From Nemertoderma westbladi (lineage: Eukaryota > Animalia > Xenacoelomorpha): DNA of 64,000 nucleotides. Both the position numbers and the translations under genes were made by a program. The notes under the pieces were generated by a model that worked only from the letters and a program-made list of their open reading frames with translations, was not told where the DNA came from and ran no database searches. The DNA lies in the NCBI GenBank assembly GCA_032718475.1, contig JAUCBJ010000785.1, positions 57,837 to 121,836 on the forward strand, written 5' to 3'. Of the stretch, positions 24,501 through 39,500 are shown piece after piece (the stretch's first letter is position 1; each line of letters starts with the position of its first letter).

Positions 24501-27500
24501 AGACTCTATCCATTGTGTTTGTTAGTGAATGGGATATCTTCACCAAACATTCGTCACTGTGTGCTAATCCGGAATCGTCAGCAAATACTGGAGCTAATGT
24601 GTCATCTTCGACGGTCTGGGGGAAGTCGTTTGTATCACTAATGTAGAGCAATACTCCAAGGATCGAACCTTGGGGAACTCCGTCGTCGTGAGTCCAGTGT
24701 ACGTACAGTCCGGTGGACTGTACATCTCCAATGGCCACATATTGCTCTCGGTTAGATAAATACGATGTGAACCATTCGCAAGTACTTGTAGCAGCTCCCA
24801 TCGCCTCAGTTTATTTATAACTGTGCGGTGATCCACACCATCAAAAGCTTTGCGCAGGTCTATTAGCACCATCCCGGTTAGCTTTCCAGAGTCGATGGAC
24901 ACCTTGATGTAGTTATCTAGTATCATAAGTGCCGATTATGTTGAAAAACCATGTCTATAACTGGACTGCAACTTGTTTAAAAGATTGTTAGAGACCAGGT
25001 AGCCCATCCATTGGTCGAATACGACTCATTCAAGGATTTTCGATAAAATTGGTAGTAAAGCAATGGGCCGAAAGTTTCCGCGAGCTATGTGAGATCGCTT
25101 TTCCTTGTAGATTGTGTTAAGGCGTGCTATTTTGTAGCCCTGTGGAAATGTTGAAGTTTGTATCGATAGATTCACAATATGTGCAACAGGTTTCACTAAA
25201 AATTCAATTCCATCTGTAATTACTCTAGCTGGAATCAGATCGGGTCCAGTCGCTTTCTTGCTGTCTATTTTATGGAATATTTTATCCACTATGCTTAATG
25301 TCACTGGTTTCAGTTCGAACAAGTCCTTCTCTACCCCTTGTCTGGAGTAGTATTCCTTGGTTACATCATTATTATATCGCCCACTAGCTGGTGTTAGTTG
25401 GGAGACCAGATCCTTGGCTATATTTGAACAGTAGTTGTTGAATTCTTCACATATAGTTTGTGTGTCTCGGCAGATTTTTCCATCAATGAGTAGACCACTG
25501 ATCGGGTTGCGTGCGCTTCCCTGTTTCTTTGTTGGCAGACCAATGGCTTTTAATGCCTTCCATAGTTTTTCACTGTCACCAGTAGCTGCCTGTAGGTATG
25601 ATTTTATATGTGAAACCTTTAGTTTACGTTAAGTTAACGTTTAGCAAGCTGGAATGTTTCAGTTCGTCAAGTAGGAGTTCACTCGTGTATTTGCTGAAAA
25701 CCCGGCATTTCATAGTCTTTGGTAATCCTGGCATTCTTTTCTGCCTTTTCCGAGTCGCGAAGACCTTGTAATGGTCACTAACTCTCTCTTTGATTACTCC
25801 GTGGTTGCTAATCATGCCTTCATTTGTAACAAAGACATGGTCTATAATAGTGGCTGTTTTTCGCTGTTCCATTATAACCCGTTTCAACCCATGATTGTTT
25901 GTGAAGTGTAGCAGCTTCTTCAGTTCAATATTGATCCCAGGTATAGATAGAGGGTATTTTTTGAGTGACCTTGAATTTATATCCACAACTGGTGTCATGT
26001 CGATATATGTGTCTCTCATTATGATAACTTCATTATAAGCTGAGATGTCAATACATGTTCTATGTTCTCAAACAGAGATAGGTCAGCATCATGTCTATAT
26101 ACTACTCCAGTTAGCAGCGGTTTTGTATCTGGTAGTAATAGTTCTCCGAATAAAATTTCAGACTGTGTTGCTTTTGAATATTCCAGCTCAATATAATGTA
26201 ACCTTTTGTGGACATACAAGACGATTCCACCACCACTACGTCCAGTTCTGTCTCGCCTAAACGAATTATAGTTTGATATATTAATGTTAACATTACTAAT
26301 GGTGTCATCGAGCCAAGATTCCGTTATTGCTAGTAAATCGATTATGCATGAATTCATTATAATTCGCAACTCGTCAATTTTGTTCTTTAAGTGACAGATA
26401 TTAACATACACAAAATGTATTCCCTTTGAATTGAAACTTGTGAGCCAGTCATAGGGATTATTGGTTGGTATATCTAAACTTTTGAATTCCTTGTTAGTAG
26501 TTTTATTGCTTACAGTGTGGTGTGATGTTGAGGTTAGTCAATCCAACCAGTCGGCTTCGGTTGTTGGTTTTTTGTGACGTTGCTGTCTGCGAAGCTGTCT
26601 CTCCTTAAACGCAATTTCCTGGTCATAAGGAGACAGATCTCGATCGAAATAAAAGCGCCTTGGATCATCATTGGGCGCAATAATGGTATTGAACGACTTT
26701 TCGGATACGATGCTAGCTGTAGCTTCTATAGATTGAAATATCAATCGTATTGGACATGGTTTACCGTCCTCTCGTCTGTTGCCAAGGTGGGAAATACCAC
26801 AGAATTCTAAGGTCCTCTCTAGGGCAGCGTTTAGGAATTGTGTATCGCTCCGTCGTTGCAATTCCGCAGAAGCTTCCACATCGCCTGGGATGCCACGGAT
26901 GATCACATTTCGTTTACGTTGCTCTTTTGAAGCAATGACCTTCTCAATACTCTCTGCGGTTGGTTGGGGTGGTTGTTCTGCCAATTTCTTCTGTAAATCG
27001 GTGATCTGGTTGGTGTTTTTCTGAACAATATCAGCCCATGAACCGTTGCTTGCATTTGGGTATGTGGTAACTGTGTTACAGGCATCTAGGTGCTGAGAGT
27101 GGGTTGCGATAATTTCGTCAACGTCAGCTTTTAGTGAATTCATGTCCAAGGATAGGATGTTTGTTTCTATGGAAGTTGAATCAGCAACAAGCTTTATTTC
27201 GGATTGCAAAGAATCTGTTTCGCTTGATCCTGCTTTGCTACTTAGCTCTTCATGTATATTTGCAAGTAGACCCTCCAGGTTCTTTATTTTACCTGCAGAG
27301 CGAAAACCGCAGAGGAATGGGGAAGTTGAGAGGAGAGTAGTTTTCTTTTTTCGAACCTCAATCTCGGTCCAAGTTTGCATGAAATCTGAGCACTCGACCT
27401 TGATTGTCTCCCATGTGGCTTGTTTTTGTTTAGTTCCATTCGTGTTGAGGTTCGAACGACGGTGGCTACTGTTACCGTTGTTATTACTCATATTGAACAA

Positions 27501-30500
27501 TGTCCGGTTATCAATCCAGGCCAGTAATACCTCATATAATTAAATAATTAAAATATATACCGGTACGGTACAACAGTATAGTACAGCAAAGTCAGACAGT
27601 AGTTGTACAGTTGGTGTTTTGGTATCCCAGTATCGTATTTAGTAGAGGTATAGGTTCGCCACTAGTAGTAGTTCAAATATGAAATAAGTACAAACCATAT
27701 AAATGGTTAATAAACCGTGTGCAGTAATATATGATAATAATAGATAATAATGATAATAGAAAGTGTTATTAAAGACTAAATGTAATAAGATGATGCCTGT
27801 GGGTAAGTATTTTTTATTTCACATCTCACATTTCACTTATTACATAAATGCAGGTGGATTACACGTCGTGCTTTCCCGAAATCTTCTCGAGGCCCGGCGG
27901 GTTAAACCAATTATATATAATCACAATGCTAGCAAAACTACAGAGAATTGTACAGATCCAACGATCGCAGACTTTCCGGATGATTTCTTTACCCAGAAGG
28001 AGCGGAAACAAGGAGGAGTTATCATTCATTGTTTAATCACCATGTACTTGTTCCTTGGATTTGCTATTGTCTGTGACGATTATTTTGTACCAACATTGGA
28101 GGTGATATGTGAAAGTTAGTGAGTCAGTCAGTCAGTTAGTTTGTTAATTAGGTAGATAGTATTATAAATATTATAAACAATAATACTGCTGTTTTCAGTT
28201 ATTATTTTTTACCAAACTCCTTGGGTGTGCAATCCCAGTGATCCTGGGAATGTTTATCTTTTAGGTTTGCATTTGGAACCAGATGTTGCTGGGGCAACCT
28301 TTATGGCAGCTGGGAGCTCTGCACCAGAACTATTCACGTCTATATTTGGTTAGTTATCTTTGAATTTTTATTTTCATTTGAATGTTGTTTAAAACCTTGA
28401 TATGTAGTGACAATCATTGATGAAATTAACTTGTGCTAAGTAACTTGTATGACATTTATTTATTACAAAATTTCAGCTTATCAGAGAGTTACATTAATAC
28501 CAAGAATCCTTAGATTTACCAGTACAGTGTGATGTATTATTTTATCGTTCAATAGGTTCTCATTTTAATTGCATTTGGTGTAGTAAACTAAACTAAAACT
28601 AAGGTCGTTCAATATAATAAAGACATGATTGTGTCCTGAACTACAGTAATTATTTGAGTGTTCATGCTAATAAATTCTGTACATATAATATAATATCAAT
28701 ATAATATATATGATGCATCTTTACCTAGATTTCGTAATATTACACGTTCTTCATCTAAATTACTAGTTTGTTTGTTCCATATTATATAATCTATGTACAG
28801 TTATGCTATATTACTTTGTAACGAAACTGCAGTATAAAGTATCATTATGTAACTAAAAGTAGAATGTAATTTTAAAAGATCCACTTGTAAATAAGCTTTC
28901 GAGCTTTAGAGGCTATCCTCTATAGATTATATTTTATACTTAGATATTGTGCACTTATTTCTTCTATACGGGTTTTTGTACGAAATAGGGACTTATGTTG
29001 ATTTGTGAATGTGAATGTGAATTTTTATATATATTCCTTTGTATAATTCTATAAATAAATAATAATAATAATTGTACTTTAGGGGTAAGAATGGCCTGTA
29101 ATAATAGATACTATAATTTATACTGAATCTAATGCAACCTATTTGGTCGTCTTGTCTGCAACCTTTTCCCAGAATATGGTGCATTTACAACCAACTGTTT
29201 ATACTCAAATTTGGTTGTCATGCCGTGTTCCAGAATATGCGGAATTTATTATATAGAATAAAATAGCCTCGTATAACGAATGCATATCAAATCAAATCGG
29301 ATCACGACCCTGTCGTCTGCTTATTAGACCTACGATCTGTGAAGAGCCCACAAACACAGCGCGAATATGATTCACATACGATGGTATATTACAGTTTTTG
29401 CAAAATCGACGTACTGAAAGCAACTCAAGTTTGCGCCGCACATCCATTTGTGTTAGAATATCCTATAGTAGATAATGTGGTGGATTATGACTTGATTATT
29501 GAAAAGTGGTACAAATGGATATATAAAGTAATTGACAGTTGTGTACCAAAACGGACCATCCACAGGGCATCTCAACCACCATGGATTTCACAAAAAACAT
29601 CCCACAAATTAAAACAGCTACATACAGTACAACGGAAAAACTCTAAATATAAATCACCTGCACTTACATTACAGATGAAATTTGATCAACTCCAAAAAGA
29701 CATTGAAAGTGACATTATAGAAGATCAAGCGCAGTATGAGACACGCCTTTCAAACTCGAGATCGATGAAACACTTATTTAAATACTTTAAAAGTCTCCGC
29801 AGATCATCACAACTACCACCAGTTTTGCATTAAAGAAATCACATTGCCTCCACGGACATTGAACAAGCTGAGCTTTTTAATGAATTTTTCCAATCTGTCT
29901 TTAAAACACCTCGACTACCTACTAGCAAGGTCTCCCCTCCAATTGATATTGTTGATCCCCCTAACTTCACAACGTCCAGCAACTATGATGTTTCCGGTAG
30001 AGACCGTGGAGAATATTCTGTCCGCTCTTGATGTTACTAAATCCCGAGGACCAGATAATATTTCGCCTGGGTTTCTTAAATCGTTAGGGAAAGTCCTTGC
30101 ACCTTCTTTGTCTACAATATTTAAAATACTGAAAAAAGTCAACTATTTTCCGATTTTGTGTAAACATGCATTAGTAAGTCCCCAACATAAAAATGGGAGT
30201 AAAATTAAAATAATTTTGTACCGTCCGATTTCACTTCTCGCAATCCCAGGGAAAGTATTCGAACGGTGTATATTCATTGCGGTATATGAACAGGTGAGGG
30301 AGCGACTACACAACGCCCAACATGGCTTTAGAAAATGTAGATCAACAATTACACAACTTCTTATTTTTTGGATAATGTATACAAAGGTATGGATGATGGA
30401 CAGTTGGCGGTGGAGACAGTTTACTTGGATTTTCAAAAAGCATTTGACTCAGTTAGCCACGAATCCCTACTTAAAAAGTTGTGGAGAATAGGAGTACGAG

Positions 30501-33500
30501 GAAATCTCTGGTATATTATTCGTAGTTATTTACCTGGAAGAACGAAGCAATATCCACCGCTAGAGACGTAGCTAGTGGCATGGCTCAGGGATCTCTCCTG
30601 GGCCCCCTGCTTTTCCTCATCGAGGACAATGACCACCCAGAAGTCTGTGGTGTCAGCATCCCTTATCTTCTCGCAGATGACTGTAAATTAATGTCGATAT
30701 CACCGATAAACGATCCGATAAACACCCTACTCGATATTGATCAACTTATTACTTGGGGTCTGGAAGCCGGGTTAGAATTCAATGCGTCGAAGTGTAAGCA
30801 GATAGTATTTCGTGGGGATATTGAAGGGCGCAGTATAAACTCAAAATTAATATCGCGCGTTGATAAATAAAAAGATTTGGGAATAACAATTACGTCTAAT
30901 TTGTCCTGGATGGCGCATATCAAGGAGAAATGTAAAAAGGGAAATAATGCATTTCAATTAATCCGAAGAAATTGTGCAGCAACACTTCCTATTCTGGCAA
31001 AATTGAATTTTGTAAAAATCCATGGTGTTACCCATAATTCTATATGGGTCGGCCTGCTGGTATCCAAACAAAACTGATTCCCATCTGGTAGAAAGCATCC
31101 AACGCAGAAGTACAATTTGGATATTAGGCAGTGATGAGTTATACATACACAGAAAGACTATTAAAACTAAATATACTCCCAATATCTTTATACCTCCAAT
31201 TATGTGACCTTCTAACACTATCAAAAATAATAAATAATAAATATGACATCGACTGGACCCAGCACATCAAAGTAAAGACGCACAATCGGGACAGGAATAA
31301 TCGTAGCACAAATCACCTTACATTCGATATATCGCAACCACGGAAATGTATTTCGAAGCAGAATTTTTGGTTCCGTGCGCCGCTTCTAGCTAATCAGTTA
31401 CCATCGCGAACTTAATTTTTTAACCATGTTGGACTAAAGGCTCGACTCCTAGACCTATTCTGGCGACACTTCCATAAACGATATGACGTAGATATCAACT
31501 GTACGTACATGGAGATTAAACTGCGATTGTGTCCAAATGAATTGTAATTTGTGTCTCCCGAATCTTGATGACCTACTCAACCCATAATGATTAATCATAA
31601 TCAAACGCCTTACTTAGACCTAAGTGGTATGGACCTACATCAGTTGTTATTTTGATGTAAATCATTAACTATTTTAAGTAAATACTGTACATATATAATT
31701 TTAATGCAATCGTTTTATTTAAAAACCAAACCATTTTATATTTTACTGCACTATGAATATTTTATTGAATTTTTAGTCTTTTAGTAAATATTGTACACTA
31801 TACAATTTTAATCCAATCATTTTACTTAGAAACTGTTTGTTATTCTTATGAATTTTACTGTATAGCTAAAATTTAAATGCAAGCACGTTGTCACAATTTT
31901 ATAGTACTTAGTTCTGTTATTTTTATGAAATTTTATTGAATTGACCTACTACTGTAGGTGTAATTTTACTTAATTTTATTGCATGGCCAATACACTTTAC
32001 TGTATGATTTATACAATGAGATACTGCTTGACATTTTAATGGTTTAACATCTTAAAACGCAAAAACATCTTTAACATCTTCTCGACCTTATTCACGAAAT
32101 CTTGACACTGACAGGTTTATCCTGTAGGCCACCTGATGTTTAATGTACATAAATAATCGATCCTAGACATGTGTTATATTGTACAATATAAACTCTCTTT
32201 CTCTTTCTAAATTCAATACCGTAAGATATTTTAGATAAATTTGTGCGTTGTAATCTCACTAGGGGGCGACCCCGTCACGTTATCGTGTAAATCCATTTTA
32301 ATAATAATAATAATATGCGAAACCACGCAAAAGAATTTCGAACGCCAATATATCATTTATAATATATTTACGGCCCATTATTCCAAACACCCTATCAACA
32401 TGGCATTTTGGTCACTTGTAGCAATATCGCCATCAAAATACCAAAACACCATGCCATGTCCATATCACACAGCAGTTATCCAAACCAACGTTTAATAATT
32501 TAAATTATAGCATTTAGACAAAATTGTTACAGTTTTGTATAGAGATACATTTCAACACAACATCATACACATACGATATATGTTATGTAAATGTGGCATT
32601 TGGTTTTTCGTAGAAATCGTTATATTTTGCAGCTGTATTTCTTACTGGTGGGGATATTGGTGTTGGAACTATAGTTGGCAGCGCTGTGTTCAATATTCTA
32701 TTTACAGTATCAATGTGTGGACTATTTGCTGGACAGGTAAGTCCGTTTTATTTAATTTAGTCCAAAATAAAAACAACTGAGACAATTTTGATATGGCATG
32801 CAAACAGCAAGAGTTGAATGCAGTCAGCTAATCGGTTGGTTTATCCCAACACAGATAATCTTTGACATTTCCAGAGCCTCCCCACCGAGGAATATACTCC
32901 CCAGTGGAAACTGCTACTCATATAGTGAACATGCCGAACTCAAAAGAAGCATTAAAAGCATGTCCAATAATAAAGCGAGTGGATTAGATGAAATCCCAGC
33001 GGAGGTATGGAAAACCGGAGCGCTAAATAGATAAATAGACCATTATTGAATGTTTGCAACCGGATGTTAATAGGGAAAAAGCCACCACCAATTTGGACTA
33101 AAGGTCAACTAAAGCCTCTCCCCAAGAAAGGAGACCTCGGCATACCAACAAACTATCGTGGGATCTGTCTGCTTGTGGTAGCTGCCAAAATATACAATAA
33201 AATGATTCTATATAGGATTAGGCCTCACATAGAGAAACTACTGCGTAAGAGCCAAAACGGATTTCGACCAAGTAGATCAACAATAGCTCAGATACTTGCA
33301 CTACGGAGACTGATTGAAGGAATTAAGTCAAAGATTCTCCCCGCAGTTATGACTTTTGTGGACTTCAAAAAGGCATTCAACTCCATTCATAGAGGTAAAA
33401 TGCTTGAAATCCTAAGAGCTTATGGAATACCAGAAGTATTTGTTGCTGGCATTGGATTGTTATATTGTGACACAGAAGCGCAGGTACTCTCACCAGATGG

Positions 33501-36500
33501 TGAAATGAGTTTTTCTCAATCCTGGCTGGCGTACTGCAAGGTGACACATTAGCACCATTACTATTTGTAATTGTGCTGGATTACGCAATGAGGACGGCCA
33601 CAAAGGGTGAAGATCTGGGATTCACACTTCAAGAACGCAGAAGTAGTAGATATCCGGCAACTACAGTCACAGACACCGACTTTGCGGATGACATCGCCCT
33701 GCTCTCTAATACTCTAGCTGATGCACTGCACAGCTTCTATTAAATAAAGTGGAGAGGGCTGCTAAGGAGGTTGGATTGCATATAAATGCTACCAAGACCG
33801 AATTCATGACCTTTAATGTTGATGGAAACTTGACAACCATTGATAATAATCAACTAAGGAAGGTCGATGACTTCCAGTACCTTGGATCATGGATAGAGAG
33901 TAGCAAAAAGGACATAGAAGTTAGGAAAGCAAATGCTTTGGTAGCTCTATCAAAAATGGATACCATCTGGAAATCAGATCTCTCCAGGCACCTGAAGACT
34001 AAGTTCTTTCGAGCCACAGTGGAAAGTGTATTTTTATACGGGGGTGAGACCTGGACACTGACTAAATCACTTGAACAACGAATTGATGGTTGCTACACAA
34101 GACTACTAAGGGCAGCCCTAAAGATCAGCTGGAGACAACACATGACAAACGCCGAGCTTTATGGTACAATACCACCTGTATCAACCACCCTCCGTGAACG
34201 CAGATTAAGATTCAGTGGGCACTGCTGGCGAAGTAAAGACGAGGTCATACCAGATCTACTTCTCTGGCAACCAACTCATGGAAAGCGTAGTCGTGGACGA
34301 CCTGCCATAATATATATAGATCAACTTGAAAGGGATACTGAACTTGGGAGAAACGAAATTGCGACAACTATGGAGAATCGGGAAGCCTGGAGGGATCTCA
34401 TTTCCACTGTCCGAGTTTGCTCGACCTAGTAGTAGTAGTATATAGTTGAAAGATAAGTGCATTTGTGTGCCTAAACTAATACTTTATAACTTATCCAAGA
34501 TAGATCGCAAATATACAATTTACCCGAGCCAAAATGAATGTTATATTTTTTATAAAATCTGCAATTTACCACTAAGATATGTATATCACATACCTATCTA
34601 TCCTCCCATGTGCTACAATGAATGTCTACCTAGTCGGATTTGTCGGTTTGTCAGTTAAGTTTTTGACTATTTTTAACTTCAGTTATCTTTTTTTCATTAT
34701 TATATCCGTTTACCACTACAGTAATTGAACAGAGTGATGTTTCGAAATCGTTAGTTTTCATCATATCTGCATTTCGCAATTAAAATTCATCTAAATTAAA
34801 AATCTTTCAAAAGTCACAATTGAAGTACAAATTTAAATTTCACCCCACCTGAAATTCACAATACAAAACTAAATACAGTCATATACCCAATATCGATACT
34901 ATATGAGTTCAGACCAGTTATTCCCCAAAGAGCTCACCTGTGATGGGCCGGAAAATTCATTGGCTGAAAAATCGTAATTCTGAAGCTATATGAGTTTTCG
35001 AGATCACTGATTACGATTTTTTTAAATTCGTGTTTGTTAACGTAAGTAAACTTGAATGTTAAACGAATTTGTTAAACTGCAACCTCCAAATTTATTTTCA
35101 ATTTGTGCTACCTATATTTTTGTTCTTTTATAATTTTATTATTTAATTCAATAATAAAAGAACGGATCGGATACGATATATTTGAATGTCATATTCGTGT
35201 GCAGCATCCCAGAAAACCCGTAAAATCACAAATTTAGTTTGATTTGCGTATGATTTTTGATTATCCAAATTTGTGAAACTTAAATTTTTGTGCCACTAGC
35301 TGCACATAATTGGTTGCTAGAATGGAGCAACAGCACGATAATTAACGTAGTTATTAAATTACAGTTTACACTTTTACAAAGCCCATTAAATTTTAGCCGG
35401 AAAATCTCGGTTTTACAAACAAACCTACCCAAAGAATTGTACAAATACAAAAAATTATGAAATTAAAAACTTCTAAAATTAAATTTGCCCCCCCCCCCCC
35501 CCCCCCCCCAACGAGGATATATTTATCCTCACACTTTAAACCCTCATGCTTGTAGATTATACATCAATGTGTAATAATGATATAGAGAGATATGATGAAT
35601 TTAGTAATTTGCTAAATTATTGATTATACAGTTTATTCTTTATAATTTTCTATTTGAAATAATTTTATGTTTTTCTTCCAGATAATAATTCTCAACTGGT
35701 GGCCAATGTTTAGAGACTGTTTCTTCTATCTGATCAGCGTCCTTCTCCTTATCATATTTCTAGACAACGACTACGTTCATTGGGCCGAAGCAACAACATT
35801 CCTTTGTGTCTACGTAGTTTATATTATAATAATGAAATTCAATGGTTTAATAGAAATAAAGATTCAATCATTACTGAACAACCACCTTCCAAAACTGGCT
35901 TCATGTTGTCCAGCGTTAGTATACGAATTATGGATTAGATGTAACTACGTTGTCCACACACAAAGCTGGACAGGACAGTTATTTTAATGTTTATTTTTGG
36001 TTTTTATTTTTTTAGGTGCAGTAGTTAGAGGGTTTTGTGTTCTTTTGTAGATACAGTTTTATTTTTAATTTAAATTAGACTTATTTTCAGTGCGGTCCCC
36101 CCAGAACTGTACTCCCCTGAGGAAACTCCAGTATTTCAAAAGAAAAGCAAACAGTCAGCCGAATCCGGAGACGACCCGAACGCTCCTCTTTCAATAGCTA
36201 CTAGGTAGGGGTGGGCGCTACTCCTATACCAAGAATTGCTCCCACTTATTTAACTGGTACTCATTTTATCGACCCCAGTGGATGACCTACAACCAGTAGA
36301 TTGAAGGCCCATCGCTCAGCCAACTGAGCTACCCCGCCTTGTACTCATTTAGCTACCACTTAAGGATGCAAGGCAGAGAGATGCGCCCTGGCTAGTCCCT
36401 TAGCATTCCTGATAAAACGAAAACTACCCAGGTCCATGTGAGGATCAAACCCGCGATCTATGAGAGATGTGAATTCAATGCAACCATGGCAACACCAAGG

Positions 36501-39500
36501 TGGACCCGTTAATGTCCATTAATGCTTGATGGGATGAAGCTATTTCCTGTGAGTTAACAGCTAATGAAAACTGGGCTGTTCCTTTTCTCTTTGTTCCTTT
36601 ACGACCTTCAGGTTGGAGACTCGATGCTAAATGATAGTTTTGATGGTATGATAGAGAATAAGTTGTATGTAGATGACTTCTGTTTCTTAGGAATAATGGA
36701 TACTAAAGTCAGCCAAAGACTTTTGCATACATGCCTTCCTAGGATGTGGAAGTCAAATAGAAAGTTAAGAATTGGAAGATCATTTTTTAATTATTTAGAG
36801 TTTCAGTAAATATCCTATACTCTTAAACAGGAGTCCATGCTGGACTTTAACTACTGTGGACACCAAATCTCTCATGGCACTTTTACAAGAATGATACGCC
36901 ATGTTCATTGCTTCATGTTCAAGACACACATTTCTTAAACTCCAGCATTGGAGGTTTCTCATTATCTACACTACACTTGCCTTGACACAAGAACAAATTC
37001 TCTTGCGATTTCAATTTGCAGGATATTGATGACAATTCACAATCTTGTTTCTTAACTTAAGCAGGTTTATGGAGAGAATGGTTGAAAGCCCATGACTTTC
37101 TTGAGACTCCTCAAAAAGGACACTGGTCTTGTAGTTACTGTTAATTTCGCGAAAATCTCAATAATGAAAATACCATGCAGTGTCTACTGCCTGCATTGCA
37201 GAATGCCAAATCTAGGAAGATAGACAACATAAATAATAGTTTACTATTTATCAATAAGCTAATTTACTATTCACAATATACAAATAATCATATTTCTAAT
37301 TTGGCCATATCGAATATATTTTTACAAATATTCTGAACCTAGGAAAAAAGGTGATGAAGAGAATACCCCATTAGTTGTAGACATAATTAGTGACAAAAAA
37401 ATAGAAGATGTTAATGCGTCGATCGATACTGAAGTGGATAAAAAGGAAGTTTTCATTCATCATTCAGGTAGATATAATATTTATTAGTTTATAGCATACA
37501 GACAGAGTAACAAAATGTTAGCGGATCCAATTTGCTGCGCCACCCAGCGGAAAATGGGGAAAGTCACGATTTATGGATCATGATTGGCTGCTGCAAAGAG
37601 CATTAAGACCAATCGTGCCAGTGGAGTAGATGGTGTTCCCCCTGAGGTCTTTAAAATACCTGAGTGTTTAAAGCTCATCTATCCCATCATAGTAGACATG
37701 TACCGAACAACAAGAGTCCCACAAGAAATGAAAACAAATAAGTTGGTGCCAGTTACCAAGAAGGGCAACCTAACACTCTATGGTTCTTTTCGTGGAATCT
37801 CATTGATCTCGATTGCTGCAAAGCTATACAATAGAAATCTATTAAATCGCATCAGGGATCCCATTGAGAGACTGCTCCGTGGAAATCAGAATGGGTTCCG
37901 TAAAGGTCGTGGGACCATGGAGCCCATTTTGGAACTTAGAAGGATAATTGAAGAGTTATAAAAAAAGAAAGACTGGCACCTGGCTGTTATTTTTATTGAC
38001 TTCTTCAAGGCCTTTGATTCAGTCTCTCGCTCACGTTTGTTCAGCATACTTTCATTATATGGGATTCCTGATGAAATTATTGCAGCAATCAGATCAGTAT
38101 ACGATGGTTCGACAACATGTGTGTCTACTGTTGATGGTGACACAGAACCATTTGAAGTGTTATGGGGCGTGCTCCAGGGAGACACACTTGCACCATTCGT
38201 GTTCATAATTGTTGTTGACTATGTTTCTATTCATGTCCTTAGATCATCATAATGATGATGGGGTGAAGATAACTCCACCTACTGGCTCCAGAAGTCGAGG
38301 AAATCCTGCCAAATACCTAACTGATCTAGACTTTGCTGATGACTTAGGAGTACTCTCATAATCACTAGAGGGAGCCCAACGGCTCCTCAGCTTATTGGAA
38401 CATGGTGCTTCTAGTGTTGGTCTTTTTATTAACTCCAGAAAGACCAAAATTTTGACAGTTAACTTTGAAAGTCCTCAGCAAGTCTCTGATCGGATGAGCA
38501 TAAGCTAAAAAGATGGTATGCTTGAGCATGTGGATGACTTCTGTTACCTGGGATCATGGTTCCGGAAGTCAGGTGAGGACCTTCGAATACGTAAGGGATT
38601 ACCATAAATTAATTGTGCATCCATTGGCTAGGCGAAAGTATGTAGGAATATATCCTATGTAATTATAATATAACCGTTACCTATATTGATTGTGGCTCAG
38701 TTGGTTAGAATTGAGTGTAGAAGTCATACAGTTTATAACCGTCGTCGTTGTGCTATTATTGTATCTGATTGTGCTATATTAATTACCTGACATTATGAAC
38801 AACTGTAACCATAAAACTCAGTTATTTATTCCGCCTTCGGTCTTCTCAGAACTACATCAGCCTTTCAGCAGCCAAGCGGACGTGGCGACGCGTATATACA
38901 TAAGACTCAAACACACACACACACAGTCAGGATCTTCGCCAACTCAGATTCCATCACACATAATCAATAATCCATTGTCATGTACCCAAATTGTCATTGT
39001 AGACCATGGTAGTCCACATTACGCATAAAGTCTACTTTCCTTGATGGCAGACAATAGAGAATAGGTTTAATGTGACAGGGGTTGTCATATAAAATTGAAA
39101 TGCTATAAACGTTTGTGAAACACTTACTACTAGAATTGACATGCTGCATTGCAGCTGTATTGTACTAAGAATGCTGTGCCAGCATGATGACAAAATCGTA
39201 ATTTGCTAGATCATCCGCATCTTCAAGGCCAGTGTCCTTTAAGATGCGAAAGCAATGTCCTTTCAAAGTGGAGGCGGCTTAGTTCTAGTGTCAAGCTTGG
39301 GGGGACCAATGAGACACCTCCAATGTTATATAGTGTCTGGTTGGAGATGTGTGCATTGTACTTGACACAGTGAACCCGGTGTAGCATTCTTGTGAATGTG
39401 CCATCCAGATATTTGATCTCCTCAGCAGTTGGAGTCCAGTATGGACTCCCATAGAGGAGTACTGATACTACTGCTGCTCTAAATAATTGGATCTTATGTT